Origin: Pseudomonadota bacterium
GTDB taxonomy: Bacteria; Desulfobacterota; Binatia; UBA9968
Assembly (NCBI GenBank): GCA_021324155.1
Contig: JAJPJQ010000037.1
Location: forward strand, 36,427 to 100,426
DNA: 64,000 nt
Direction: 5' to 3'
Positions 17,390-27,308 of the stretch are shown here, in pieces; position 1 is the stretch's first letter; each line of letters begins with the position of its first letter. The notes below the pieces were generated by a model. The model saw only the letters and a list, made by a program, of their open reading frames with translations. It did not search any database and was not told the origin of the DNA. Position numbers and translations under genes: made by a program.

Positions 17390-18652
17390 GTGCCTCGGCG
17401 ATTTTACTACGGGTACATCATCCTCTTTCTCTGCTTCGTCAATACGATGTTCGCGCGCGGCGCTGTCGCGTCGTTCAGCGTCTTCTATGTCGCGCTCCTA
17501 GAAGACTTTCACTGGTCGCATGCCGTCGGTGCGAGCGTCGTTTCGTTGAACTCGCTCGTCTATGCTTCCGTGTCGCCAGGGGTCGGATACCTCTTCGACC
17601 GACTCGGACCGCGGGCGCTGATGCCGCTCGCCGGACTATTGATGGGGCTCGGCTTCGTTTTATCCGGCTTCGGTCATTCGCTATGGGAGCTGTATCTCTT
17701 CTACGGGATTCTCGCAGCCGTCGGTCAGGGCGGCCTGGGCTTCGTCACGCAAAGCGCGCTGCTGTCCGCGTGGTTCGTGCGCCGCCGCGCGACCGCGATC
17801 GGTCTCGCGAGCGCGGGACAGGGCTTCGGCATCATCGCGCTCGTGCCGCTCGCGCAATTTTGGATCGCGCGCGCCGGCTGGCGCACGGCGTTCATGCTCG
17901 TCGGCGCTTTCATCCTCCTCGCGGTGATTCCGCTGAACGCGATCTTTCAGCGGCGCACGCCGGCGCTCGTCGGGCAACTCCCCGACGGCGCGGGCGCTGC
18001 CGTCGACGATCCGAACTACCGCGGCGGCGCCGTTGCGGGGCCCGAGTGGACGCTCGGCGCGGCACTTCGCTCCGCGCCTTTCTGGACAATCGCCTGCGGA
18101 CATCTCGCGCTCGGCACGGCCCTGTTCATCATCTATACCCATTTCGTCGCGCATCTCGTCGAGCAGGGTTTTGAGAAGTTGACAGCCGCGTTCCTGTTCG
18201 GAATCGTCGGATTCATGCGAGTCGTCGGGACGTTCGTCTGGGGCTATGCCTCGGACGTCCTCGGAAGAGCGCCGGCTTACGGTCTCTCGATTCTCGTCGC
18301 GGCGGCGGGCATTCTCGCGATCGCGGCGATCGGCGCGGGAATGCCTCCCTGGCTGGCATACGCCGCCGCGGTCGTCTACGGCCTCGGCCACAGCGCCGGC
18401 AATCCGACCTATGGCGCGGTGATCGGCGATATTTTCGCCGGCAAGAACATCGGCACGATCTTCGGTTTTCTGGAAATCACTTTCGGCATCGGCATGGCGA
18501 TTGGCTCGTGGGCGGGCGGCGCGATCTTCGACGTGAGCGGCTCGTATCGCGCGGCGTTCATGCTGAGCCTCGCGTGCTTCGTTCTATCCTTCGTTGCGAT
18601 TCAGGCGACCGCGGGCTGGCGGCGTAAGAATGCGCCGGCGATCGGATCTTGA
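17390..18652 (+). CDS. MFS transporter (OFA-like)
   Basis: 12 predicted TM helices; MFS motifs (LFDRLGPRA, GLGFVLSG). Confidence 0.75.
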   Translation: MPRRFYYGYIILFLCFVNTMFARGAVASFSVFYVALLEDFHWSHAVGASVVSLNSLVYASVSPGVGYLFDRLGPRALMPLAGLLMGLGFVLSGFGHSLWELYLFYGILAAVGQGGLGFVTQSALLSAWFVRRRATAIGLASAGQGFGIIALVPLAQFWIARAGWRTAFMLVGAFILLAVIPLNAIFQRRTPALVGQLPDGAGAAVDDPNYRGGAVAGPEWTLGAALRSAPFWTIACGHLALGTALFIIYTHFVAHLVEQGFEKLTAAFLFGIVGFMRVVGTFVWGYASDVLGRAPAYGLSILVAAAGILAIAAIGAGMPPWLAYAAAVVYGLGHSAGNPTYGAVIGDIFAGKNIGTIFGFLEITFGIGMAIGSWAGGAIFDVSGSYRAAFMLSLACFVLSFVAIQATAGWRRKNAPAIGS

Positions 18653-19978
18653 TTAGGGGTATACGTCGGCGCCGTTCGGCGCCTTGTTCTTCGCGATCGT
18701 GCTGTTGGACGGAACGAAGGTTGCGCCGGCGTTGTTGAAGACGCCGCCGCCGCGGTCCGCAGCTTTATTGCCGCTGACGACGCTGTCGGCAAGCTTGAAA
18801 TAGCCGTGGATATTCGCGACTCCGCCCGCGTAAACGCCGGCGCCGTTCTTCGTCAGCATGGTGTCGTAGATGTAAAGCCGGCCGATCGCCGCTCCGCTGC
18901 CGTAGTTTTCGACGCCGCCGCCGTACATCGCGCTGTTGCCGGTAATGACGCTGTTGAAAATTTTCGCCGTGCCGTAAACGTTGTCGATACCGGCGGCGGC
19001 GCGCGACGCACGATTCTTGGCGATGGTGCTGTGCTCGATGCGCAGATAACCGTCGTAATTGGCGATTGCCCCGCCTTCGCTCGACGCGGTATTGCCCGAG
19101 AGCGTGCTATCCACGATACGAATGTACTGGTAGCTGAATAGCGCGCCGCCGACCTCCGCTTCATTCTTACTGATGACGCTATCGCGAATCAGGAGAGCGG
19201 CCGCCGGGCCGCGGCTGTAGATGGCGCCGCCGTTAGCTGCGGTGTTGCCGGAGATCGTCGATGAATTGACGGCGAGGCTGCCGTAATTAAGAATCGCGCC
19301 GCCTGTGGTCGCCGAGCCGCCGCTCAGCGTCACATCTTCCAGCGTCAGATCCCCCGACACCGCGACCGCGAGCAACCGGAACGCCGGCGCTTTCTTCGAC
19401 CGAATAATCTTCGCGTGATTGCCGGCGATGGTGATAGCGCTCGCGACGATCGGGAGACCCGTCGCGCCGGCGTAGTCGGTGTAAGCCTGCGCCAGCTGCT
19501 GCGTTCCCTTGGGCAAAACGATGATGTCAGCGCCGCTGCCGGCGGCGCAGTCGGAGTACGTCGCCGCATCGTCGTTAGCGTTGACGATCGCCTCGGCCAG
19601 CGAGCAATGGCCGTCGCCATCGACGACCGCCGGGATCTTTGCGGTAACGGTAATGGTCGCCGCTTCGCCGGTTTGCGCAATCGCGCACAGCAGTGCCGCG
19701 GCCGCGATTGAGCGCGAGAGCTTGCGCAGCACATGGCGGCGCCCCTGCCGCGGCAACAAATCATCGATGTGCCGCGCGCGAACGAGCCGCCGTTCGAGCG
19801 ATCGGCGCATGCCGTGCGGCAATCGCCGAAGGACGGGATACCAGAACGCAAAGCGAGGCAGCAACTCGCCGCGGCGGACGGTCAACGCCGCGGCGAGCTC
19901 AGGCGCGTCGCTGAATTGCGCGAGTCCGGAGTTCCACGCGGCGACGATTCTCTCGTCCCGCTTGAGTCCCGCTACCAC
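18653..19978 (-). CDS. CSLREA-domain / right-handed parallel beta-helix repeat surface protein, paralog P1, with conserved N-terminal cytoplasmic-type domain and internal signal anchor
   Basis: CSLAEAIVNAN (CSLREA-type motif) follows the hydrophobic segment IAAAALLCAIAQTGEAAT. Pectate-lyase-like repeats (GGAI.N.G...S.ISGN.A). C-terminus ...GADVYP*. Confidence 0.7.
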   Translation of the reverse strand: MVAGLKRDERIVAAWNSGLAQFSDAPELAAALTVRRGELLPRFAFWYPVLRRLPHGMRRSLERRLVRARHIDDLLPRQGRRHVLRKLSRSIAAAALLCAIAQTGEAATITVTAKIPAVVDGDGHCSLAEAIVNANDDAATYSDCAAGSGADIIVLPKGTQQLAQAYTDYAGATGLPIVASAITIAGNHAKIIRSKKAPAFRLLAVAVSGDLTLEDVTLSGGSATTGGAILNYGSLAVNSSTISGNTAANGGAIYSRGPAAALLIRDSVISKNEAEVGGALFSYQYIRIVDSTLSGNTASSEGGAIANYDGYLRIEHSTIAKNRASRAAAGIDNVYGTAKIFNSVITGNSAMYGGGVENYGSGAAIGRLYIYDTMLTKNGAGVYAGGVANIHGYFKLADSVVSGNKAADRGGGVFNNAGATFVPSNSTIAKNKAPNGADVYP

Positions 19979-20045
19979 ACCGCACCTCCGCTGGGCGCCT
20001 TTGACGTGCGGTGCAAACGCCGCGACAAAGACACGCAGGCGCTTA

Positions 20046-21374
20046 TCATGAGCCGTATACGTCCGCTCCGGTTGGCGCTTTATTGCGTGTCACGACACCG
20101 CCGTCGGTGAAAACGCCCGTCCCTGACGTATCGACACCGCCGCCGTACGTCGTAGCGGTGTTTTTCGTAATCGTCCCGCTCGTCAAAGCGAAGGAGCCCC
20201 GATTCGAGACGCCGCCGCCGGCATCGCTGCGATTTCCGGAGATGGTGCTGCCGGTAACCGTGAGGCTATCGCCGTCGCCGTTGTAAATACCGCCGCCTCT
20301 GCCCGACGCGCTGTTTTTCGTGATCGTCGTGTCGGAAATCACGGTCACGCCGTAGACGGCGATGCCGCCGCCCTTCGACGCGCTGTTACCGGTAATGACG
20401 CTGCCGGTGATCGTGTCGTGCGCCGTCGTAGAAAGCAGACCGCCGCCGAACGACGGATTGCCGTGGTACGGCACGGCTTTATTTTTCGACAGCGTGCTAT
20501 TCGTCATGGTGAACGTGCCGCTGTAATTCGTCACGCCGCCGCCGTAGTTCGCGACGTTATTTGTGATCACGCTGTCGCTCACGCTAAGACTCCCGTAAAG
20601 GATGAAAACGGCCCCTCCTTCGAACGCCACATTCCCGGAGATGGTACTGTGGATGATCGTGACACTGCCGTAATCGTCAATCGCGCCGCCGCGCAGCCGT
20701 CCGTTGGCGTCGCCGCCGCTGAGCGTGACATCTTGAAGTGTAAGATCGCCGGATGCGCTGACCGCCATCAGGCGGAACGGCTCAGCTTTTTTGCTGCGGA
20801 CGATTTTCGCGCCGTTTCCCTGGATTGTGATCTTCGTATTGATCACCGGGAGGCCGGTCTTGCCCAAGTCGTCGTTGTCGGCGGCCGTGATCGTGATCGT
20901 TCCTTTGGGCAGAACGATCGTATCGTCGCCGGTTCCCGCCTCGCAGTCGCCGAACGTAGCGCCGCCATTGTTGGCGTTGACGATCGCCTCCGCGAGCGAG
21001 CATTTGCCGTCGCCGTCGTTGATTTCCGCCGGCGTCTTCGGCGTCACGTTGATCGTCGCCGCCTGACCGGCTCCCTGCGTCAGCGCGAGCAGCAGCGCCG
21101 CGCCGGCGAGAGAGGTCGCGAGCCGCATCTGCCACGCTGGAAGAGCGGCGCGCCGGCAGCGGCGTACGAGCTTTCGCTCGAACGCGCGCCGCGCACCGCG
21201 CGGCAGCGCGCGCAAGCGCGCGTAATAATCGGCGAAGCGCGGCAAAAGCTTTGCGCCTTCCTGTGCGACGATGTCGTTGAATCCCGGCACATTCGCCAGC
21301 TCTCCCACTTGAGAATCCCAAGCGGCGACGATCGTATCGTCCAATGAAACGGCATATGCCTGAAAATAGTTCAT
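20046..21374 (-). CDS. CSLREA-domain / parallel beta-helix repeat protein, paralog P2
   Basis: Same architecture: N-domain (AAWDS...LPRFADYYARLRALPRGARRAFERKL), h-region MRLATSLAGAALLLALTQGAGQAAT, CSLAEAIVNAN, beta-helix repeats, C-terminus ...GADVYGS*. Confidence 0.7.
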   Translation of the reverse strand: MNYFQAYAVSLDDTIVAAWDSQVGELANVPGFNDIVAQEGAKLLPRFADYYARLRALPRGARRAFERKLVRRCRRAALPAWQMRLATSLAGAALLLALTQGAGQAATINVTPKTPAEINDGDGKCSLAEAIVNANNGGATFGDCEAGTGDDTIVLPKGTITITAADNDDLGKTGLPVINTKITIQGNGAKIVRSKKAEPFRLMAVSASGDLTLQDVTLSGGDANGRLRGGAIDDYGSVTIIHSTISGNVAFEGGAVFILYGSLSVSDSVITNNVANYGGGVTNYSGTFTMTNSTLSKNKAVPYHGNPSFGGGLLSTTAHDTITGSVITGNSASKGGGIAVYGVTVISDTTITKNSASGRGGGIYNGDGDSLTVTGSTISGNRSDAGGGVSNRGSFALTSGTITKNTATTYGGGVDTSGTGVFTDGGVVTRNKAPTGADVYGS

Positions 21375-21652
21375 AAATGATGATCCTCCAGGCCCAGAAT
21401 CCTTTGGATGAGGATTTTCGGCCCAGCGTCGATAATGCCGTTGGGATCGGTTTGCGACAATCAGGTCGTTACCTGCTTGGCGCCGAAGTTTTTACGTAAA
21501 ACAGAGGGATTAGAAGGGCGGGTTATGCGATTTATATCGGGTGAGATACTGATTTGATTTTTAACGAAAAATTAACGGCCGGCAGCTGAACCAGGAATTC
21601 TCGTTCTTATCGGCTACGGCGAAGCGAAGCGCGCAGAGAAAGACGGTAGCAA

Positions 21653-23200
21653 TCACGGGTAAACGTCGGCATGCGCCGCCGCGGTATTGCCGCTGATAGT
21701 GCTGTTATTAATCTGCAACGTAGCATCAGGCGGTGGCAGATTATAAATACCGCCGGCGACGAACAGAGCCGTGTTTCCGGTTACCGAGCTGCCGTTTAGA
21801 TAAATGTAGCTCGAATTATGGATACCGCCGCCCTTGCCGCCGTAATTGGACTGGGAGTAGGCAACATACTTGCCTTCGGCCGTGTTGGTTCCGTTAATCG
21901 TGCTGCTGTTGATCGTAAGACCGCCGTGATTGTTAATCCCGCCGCCGTAGCCGCCGACGTAATATGTTTTGTTGTTGTACACACTTGGTGAGACGGTTGC
22001 ATGATTACCCGAAACGGTGCTGCTGGTAATTACGGCGTCGGCCTGATCATCATTGAACAACCCGCCGCCGTAATTCGCGTTGCTATTCGAGATCGTAATG
22101 CTGGTGGCGATTAGGGTATGGGCGTTATGCAAACTGCCGCCTTTAAATGCGCTGTTTCCCGTTAAGGTGCTGCTCCCGATCGAAAGCCGTCCGTAAGGAA
22201 CGCCGATCGCGATGCCGCCGCCGTTCCTCGCCGCGGTGTTGGTCGAGATCGTGCTGTTCGTGATCGTCGCACTGTAAGCGTTGTCGATGCCGCCGCCGTC
22301 ATAATTCGCATGATTGCCGGTAATCGTGCTGTTGTTCGTGACCGTGAGATTGCCGATATTGTAGATGCCGCCGCCGTAATCAGCGGTGCTGTTGCTGACA
22401 TTACTGTGATTGAGGCTCAGATTCCCAGAGTTGAAGATGGCGCCGCCGATCGGCGCCGTCCCCGAGATCACACTATCGACAATGGAGACGCTGCCGGCAT
22501 TGTAGATCGCGCCGCCGTTATAGACAGAAGATGATCCCTGTACCGTGACGTTCTGCAACGTCAGGCTGCCCCCATCGTTGACAAAAAAGATACTATTACC
22601 CGTGATCCTGCCGCCTGTGCCCGGAGGTGGCGGAGGTTGGCCTTTTTTCGGCTTTTTGGCCGCAACTCCTTGAATTGTGATATTTCCGCTGATGGGCGGC
22701 AAATAGCTTGCGCTTATACTTGCGTTTTTCGGCAGCGCGATGATCGTGGGACCAGGCGAGGCTTGGCAGCCACTGTAACTATAAGATTTCTTCGTGACCG
22801 GGTATCCCGTAGTGTTCGCGTATTCGGCAGCATAGATCGCGTTATACAGCGAGCACTTTGTGCTGAGCTTGATGGGCTTCGGACCCTTAGCTTCTGAAAT
22901 CGTTTGTCCGAGCGCGATCAACAACGCCGCGCCGGCAATCGAATACGCGAGTCTGCGCCGCCAGTCGGCGGGAATTGCCGCGTCTTCAGAGCGCGCGAGG
23001 TTGCGTTGCAGCGCGCGGCGCACGGTCCGCGGCAGCGCGCGGATTTCGTTGTATGAGGTGGTGAATCGCTGGAACAACTCCTGGCCCTGCTCTGCCAGGA
23101 TTTGCTCGATCCAGGGTGTTTTGATACGGCGGAGCTCTGAATCCCAAGCGGTGACGACCGACTCGTCCGCAGGAAGCGGACACGGAGAGAGATAATTCAT
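21653..23200 (-). CDS. Parallel beta-helix repeat protein, divergent paralog P3 (degenerate CSL motif, Pro/Lys-rich linker)
   Basis: N-domain conserved (VTAWDSE...FQRFTTSYNEIRALPRTVRRALQRNL); TM-like LAYSIAGAALLIALGQ; KCSLYNAIYAAEYAN. Long N-x-T/S-rich beta-helix repeats; C-terminus ...AHADVYP*. Confidence 0.6.
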   Translation of the reverse strand: MNYLSPCPLPADESVVTAWDSELRRIKTPWIEQILAEQGQELFQRFTTSYNEIRALPRTVRRALQRNLARSEDAAIPADWRRRLAYSIAGAALLIALGQTISEAKGPKPIKLSTKCSLYNAIYAAEYANTTGYPVTKKSYSYSGCQASPGPTIIALPKNASISASYLPPISGNITIQGVAAKKPKKGQPPPPPGTGGRITGNSIFFVNDGGSLTLQNVTVQGSSSVYNGGAIYNAGSVSIVDSVISGTAPIGGAIFNSGNLSLNHSNVSNSTADYGGGIYNIGNLTVTNNSTITGNHANYDGGGIDNAYSATITNSTISTNTAARNGGGIAIGVPYGRLSIGSSTLTGNSAFKGGSLHNAHTLIATSITISNSNANYGGGLFNDDQADAVITSSTVSGNHATVSPSVYNNKTYYVGGYGGGINNHGGLTINSSTINGTNTAEGKYVAYSQSNYGGKGGGIHNSSYIYLNGSSVTGNTALFVAGGIYNLPPPDATLQINNSTISGNTAAAHADVYP

Positions 23201-23212
23201 CCGACCTGTTAC

Positions 23213-25561
23213 TTACTGCCTTGCGCTCGCGCCGCGCAAAGCATCGGCAACGCGTTGGATTACGCCGGACCAGTTGCCGGCCTCGCTTTGCCGGAAAAGA
23301 CTCATCGTCGGATACCACGGAGTGGTCTCTCCGGTCAATCCCCAACGCCAGTCGGCGGCGTCGCTGAGCAGCGTCCATGCAGGCTTTCCCAGCGCTCCGG
23401 CCATGTGGGCTACCGAAGTATCGACGGCGATGACGAGGTCGAGCTGGTCGATGAGGATCGCGAGGTCGCCGAAGTCGCCGAGCAAAGGATCGAGATCGTG
23501 GACCTTTACGTCCGACGGCAGCTCGCTCAAGTCTTTGGCGCGCTCGCCCTTTTGCAGGCTGAAAAAATCCGCACCTGATACGCGCAAGATGGGAAGAAAG
23601 TCTTTCAAAGCGCACGAGCGCTGGCGGTCGGTGCGGTTAATCGGGCTGCCCGCCCACGCGATGCCGATCTTTGGGCGCGGCGAAGGGGCCAGGACGAGCG
23701 CCGGATTTTCTTTCCGGCGGCGGAGCGCCGCAGCGTCGAGGTAAGGAACCGCCGAAGGGATCGTCTCCGGCGTCGTGCCGAAAACGTACGGCAGGCTCAA
23801 CATCGGCAGATGCGTATCGAAGTCGCCGACTTTGATTTCGCCGGGCTCGCGAATATGCGCGACGCCGGGGATCGTGGCGAACACCGCGCTCAGATCGGGG
23901 CGGCAGGCGAGGACGACTCTCTTGCAGCGCTCGGCCGCCATTGGCAGATAGCGCGCGAACTGGATCGCGTCGCCCGCGCCCTGCTCGTTATAAACGAGCA
24001 GAGTCTTTTCCGGCGCCGGCTTTCCGTCCCACGGTGGATGCGGCGAGCGCACCGCCGGGAACTGCGGCAGCTTTCGGCGCGACTCGTATTCGGCGAGGCC
24101 GCGCGTATAGTCGCCAACCTGAAGCAGGCACATGCCGAGGTTCATACGCGCTTGCGGATAATTGGGCTGGAGTTCGAGGGCGCGCTCGTACGCGGCGATC
24201 GCCTTTTGCGGCTCGCGCCGGCGCGCGAAAGCGAAGCCGAGGCTATTGTAAGCCTCGGCGCGCTCGGGCTCCGCCGCGACAACCTGCTCAAGCTCGGTGA
24301 CGGCGTCGGCATACTTGCCGGCGTCGCCCAGCGCGACACCGAGGTTGAAGCGCGCGTTGGGAAATTCCGGCTGGAGCGCGACACATTGCCGGTAGGCCGC
24401 GACCGCCTCTTCGATCTTGCCTTTCGAATACAGCTCGTTGCCGCGCTGAAAGTGAAACCCCGGCGAGCGCTCCAGCTCTTCGGGGCTCGGCAGATGCACG
24501 TCCGCGAGCGCCTCGTCGGGCAGAACGTAGGATTGCGCGAGCCGCGGATCGGTCCATTCGAGCATCTCCGGAAACCGGATGCCCTGAAGCGCCTGCACGG
24601 CGAAGATCTCCTGCACGCCGGCCTCGAAGCGGAGAAAGCCAACCGTCTGGCCGTTCTCGATATTGACGATCCAAACGCCGCACGTGCGCTCTTTCAGCCG
24701 CTGCACCAGCGGAATGCCGCTGAAAACCGCGCTCTCGCGCACCTGCGAGAGACCGATGAAGGCGAGCGGGCCGATGAAGTCGATGCCACGCGTGAAGCCC
24801 GGCACCTGCGCCACGGCGCGCCACGTTCGCGATTCGAGATCAATCTCCGCCAGCGTCCCCTCGCCCGATTCGAGCACCCAGAGCTTGTCGCGATACCAGC
24901 GCGGTGAGTGCGGCATGGAAAGGCCGCGCAGCAGAATCTCGTTCGTCTCGATGTCCATCAAAAGGCCGCCGCGGGCTTTATTCGCGCGCCACCCGCCGGC
25001 CGTGTCGGTCTCGCCGAGAGCGGTGACATACTTCGGCCGGCCGTCCACCATCGCGAGGCCGTTCAAGTGACAGCGGTCCTCCGGCGCGAGCGCGCTCACG
25101 AACGGCGGGCGCCAGCGTGGATGAAAGCTGTGATCGACATCGAGCGTACAGAGGCAGCAGAAACGCGTGTTCACGACCCAGAGCTCGTTCTTCGCGTCCC
25201 ACGCGAGCTCATGGATGTCGATGTCCCCCGTGACGTGAATGCGCCGCGGCAGATAACAGGCGTCGTGCTTTCCCGGCGGGTCCAGCTTTTGCGCGACCGC
25301 CGGCATATTGCGGTATTCCCAGACCGTATTCGCGCCGCCGATCGTGAGGCGGTTGTGGTCGGCGGCGATCCCCATCGGCTTGGCGAACGTACGGAAGTGC
25401 GTGTTGAGGGCGCCGCCGTCGTTGCGCACGACGATCGTCTTTCCCGCCTGGTAGGTGGAAACGACGAGACTGATCTGCAGCCGCTCGAAAAGCGCTGGAA
25501 GATTCGCCGTATGGACGCTGCGGAGGGGTGCGTCCTCGGTGGTCTCTGGTGCTTGAGCCAT
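23213..25561 (-). CDS. Multidomain glycosyltransferase: N-terminal about 330-aa conserved domain (tentatively TIGR03032-like) + TPR repeats + C-terminal glycosyltransferase family 9 (heptosyltransferase-like) domain
   Basis: Central TPR repeats (AYRQCVALQP...NLGVALGD...AYNSLGFAF...). C-terminal GT9 signature (IGIAWAGSP...DLVIAVDTSVAHMAGALGKPAWTLL). 12 bp from the P3 start and 53 bp from the P4 stop, so embedded in the array. Confidence 0.7.
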   Translation of the reverse strand: MAQAPETTEDAPLRSVHTANLPALFERLQISLVVSTYQAGKTIVVRNDGGALNTHFRTFAKPMGIAADHNRLTIGGANTVWEYRNMPAVAQKLDPPGKHDACYLPRRIHVTGDIDIHELAWDAKNELWVVNTRFCCLCTLDVDHSFHPRWRPPFVSALAPEDRCHLNGLAMVDGRPKYVTALGETDTAGGWRANKARGGLLMDIETNEILLRGLSMPHSPRWYRDKLWVLESGEGTLAEIDLESRTWRAVAQVPGFTRGIDFIGPLAFIGLSQVRESAVFSGIPLVQRLKERTCGVWIVNIENGQTVGFLRFEAGVQEIFAVQALQGIRFPEMLEWTDPRLAQSYVLPDEALADVHLPSPEELERSPGFHFQRGNELYSKGKIEEAVAAYRQCVALQPEFPNARFNLGVALGDAGKYADAVTELEQVVAAEPERAEAYNSLGFAFARRREPQKAIAAYERALELQPNYPQARMNLGMCLLQVGDYTRGLAEYESRRKLPQFPAVRSPHPPWDGKPAPEKTLLVYNEQGAGDAIQFARYLPMAAERCKRVVLACRPDLSAVFATIPGVAHIREPGEIKVGDFDTHLPMLSLPYVFGTTPETIPSAVPYLDAAALRRRKENPALVLAPSPRPKIGIAWAGSPINRTDRQRSCALKDFLPILRVSGADFFSLQKGERAKDLSELPSDVKVHDLDPLLGDFGDLAILIDQLDLVIAVDTSVAHMAGALGKPAWTLLSDAADWRWGLTGETTPWYPTMSLFRQSEAGNWSGVIQRVADALRGASARQ

Positions 25562-25614
25562 AGCGCTATAAATTGCGCTATCGAAGCCCCGCTGTCAACG
25601 TATTTGCTGCGGGA

Positions 25615-27183
25615 TCAGAATTCGAACGAGCCGACGTCGCAGCTCGTCCCCTGCGGGCGCGTAACGCCCCGCTGATCTTTCGGCGCGCAATCCGCGTCGG
25701 CCGGCGACGCGTCGATCGCCGGGCTGCCGGACACCAGCGCATGCGTTTTGGTCGGGCCGCCATTATAGGCGAGCGGCATCAAGATGCTGGCGATGCCTAC
25801 GTTCGGGACAATGTCGGTCGGACCGGGTGAAAATCCTTTCACCCCGTCGCCGCCGCCGGCGCCGAACACATTGTAGTTATTTCGATATACGTTGCCGGAG
25901 AAGCGGTCGATTTCATCCGCGAAAGAAGCGGAATTGCCGGAGATCAAGCTGCGCGTCAAGGTGAGATCGTTGACCACGGTGAAGATGCCGCCGCCGTCGC
26001 GCGCGGAGTTCTTGGAGATCGTGCTGTTCGAGATCGTCATCGTCGAGCGATTGTAGATGCCGCCGCCGGTGAGGGCCGTATTGCCGGAGATCGTGCTGTT
26101 GATGATGTCGGTCGTACCCGAGCGGTCGAAGATGCCGCCGCCGTAACCGAAAAATCCCGTGTCGTTGCTCGACAGCGTGCTGTAGGCAACGAGCACGCCG
26201 CTGTCGCGATGATGCAGCCCCGCGCCGTCGCGGCCGGAGAAATTTTTCGTGACCGTGCTGTATTCGATATCCAGGCTGCCCGCGCGATCGTAGACGCCGC
26301 CGCCATCGATGAAAGCGCGATTGCTTTTGATCGTGCTGTAGTTCACCGTGACTGCGGCGTTGTAATTGTATAAGCCGCCGCCGTAGTCGGCGAAATTCCC
26401 GGAAACGACGCTGTTGTCGACCGTCGCTTCCGCGGCGGAGCCGTTGAAGATGCCGCCGCCCAAATGCGCCCGCCCGTTCGTCACCGTCGCGTCGGTAAGC
26501 GTGAGCGTGCCGTAGTTGAAGATAGCGCCGCCGAACTTCTCCGATCCGCCGCTGACCGTCACGTTGTCGAGCGTGAGATCGCCGGTGCTCTTCACGGCGA
26601 AGAGGCGAAAGCCGAACTTGCCGACGATCTTTGCGCCGTTGCCGGAGATCGTGATGTCGCTGGTGATCGCGGGCAGGCCGTTTTTACCGTAATATTTGCT
26701 AAAGCTCTTCGTCACCTTGATCGTGCCGAGCGCCGGCAGATCGATAACATCCGCGCCCGAGCCGGCGCTGCAGTCGGCATGCGTGGCGGCGTCGTTGTTC
26801 GCGTTGACGATCGCCTCGATAAGGGTGCAGAGCCCGTCGCCGTCTTTGACTTTGGTAGTAAGCGTATTGACGGTAATCGTCGCGGCGGACGCGGCGCTCT
26901 GCGCGAGCGCGATCAGGAGAGCCGCACCGGCGGCGGAAGTTGCGAGCTTCGCTTTCCACGACGGCGCGGAGCTCGCCAGCCGCCGCAGCAGCGCGCGCCG
27001 GGCACCGCGCGGCAGGCGTTGAAGGTTGCCGTAGGCCGCGGCAAAGCGCGCGAACAGCTCTCCGCCGGGTACGGAAAGCGCATCAGCGACCGCGGGCTCG
27101 TCAATAAATCGGCTGATTTCAGAATCCCACGCGGCGAGAACCGCTTCGTCGGCGGAAAAGGCGTAAGGACGGAGGTAATCCAT
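25615..27183 (-). CDS. CSLREA / choice-of-anchor-Q-type parallel beta-helix repeat protein, paralog P4
   Basis: Start at MDYLRP (GAGGAAG RBS). N-domain (AAWDSEI...FARFAAAYGNLQRLPRGARRALLRRL); TM-like KLATSAAGAALLIALAQSAASAAT; CTLIEAIVNAN. C-terminal LAYNGGPTKTHAL.SGSPAIDA...CDVGSFEF*. Confidence 0.7.
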   Translation of the reverse strand: MDYLRPYAFSADEAVLAAWDSEISRFIDEPAVADALSVPGGELFARFAAAYGNLQRLPRGARRALLRRLASSAPSWKAKLATSAAGAALLIALAQSAASAATITVNTLTTKVKDGDGLCTLIEAIVNANNDAATHADCSAGSGADVIDLPALGTIKVTKSFSKYYGKNGLPAITSDITISGNGAKIVGKFGFRLFAVKSTGDLTLDNVTVSGGSEKFGGAIFNYGTLTLTDATVTNGRAHLGGGIFNGSAAEATVDNSVVSGNFADYGGGLYNYNAAVTVNYSTIKSNRAFIDGGGVYDRAGSLDIEYSTVTKNFSGRDGAGLHHRDSGVLVAYSTLSSNDTGFFGYGGGIFDRSGTTDIINSTISGNTALTGGGIYNRSTMTISNSTISKNSARDGGGIFTVVNDLTLTRSLISGNSASFADEIDRFSGNVYRNNYNVFGAGGGDGVKGFSPGPTDIVPNVGIASILMPLAYNGGPTKTHALVSGSPAIDASPADADCAPKDQRGVTRPQGTSCDVGSFEF

Positions 27184-27308
27184 GGTGCTTCCTCGCATTC
27201 CGGGCCTTGCCGCGGGGATCAAGTAGTGTTCGAGACCAGGTAAAGACCCTAAATCGGTAAATCGCGGCAAAAATTTAGACGCGGGGGAAGAAAAAAAGTT
27301 TACAAGGT

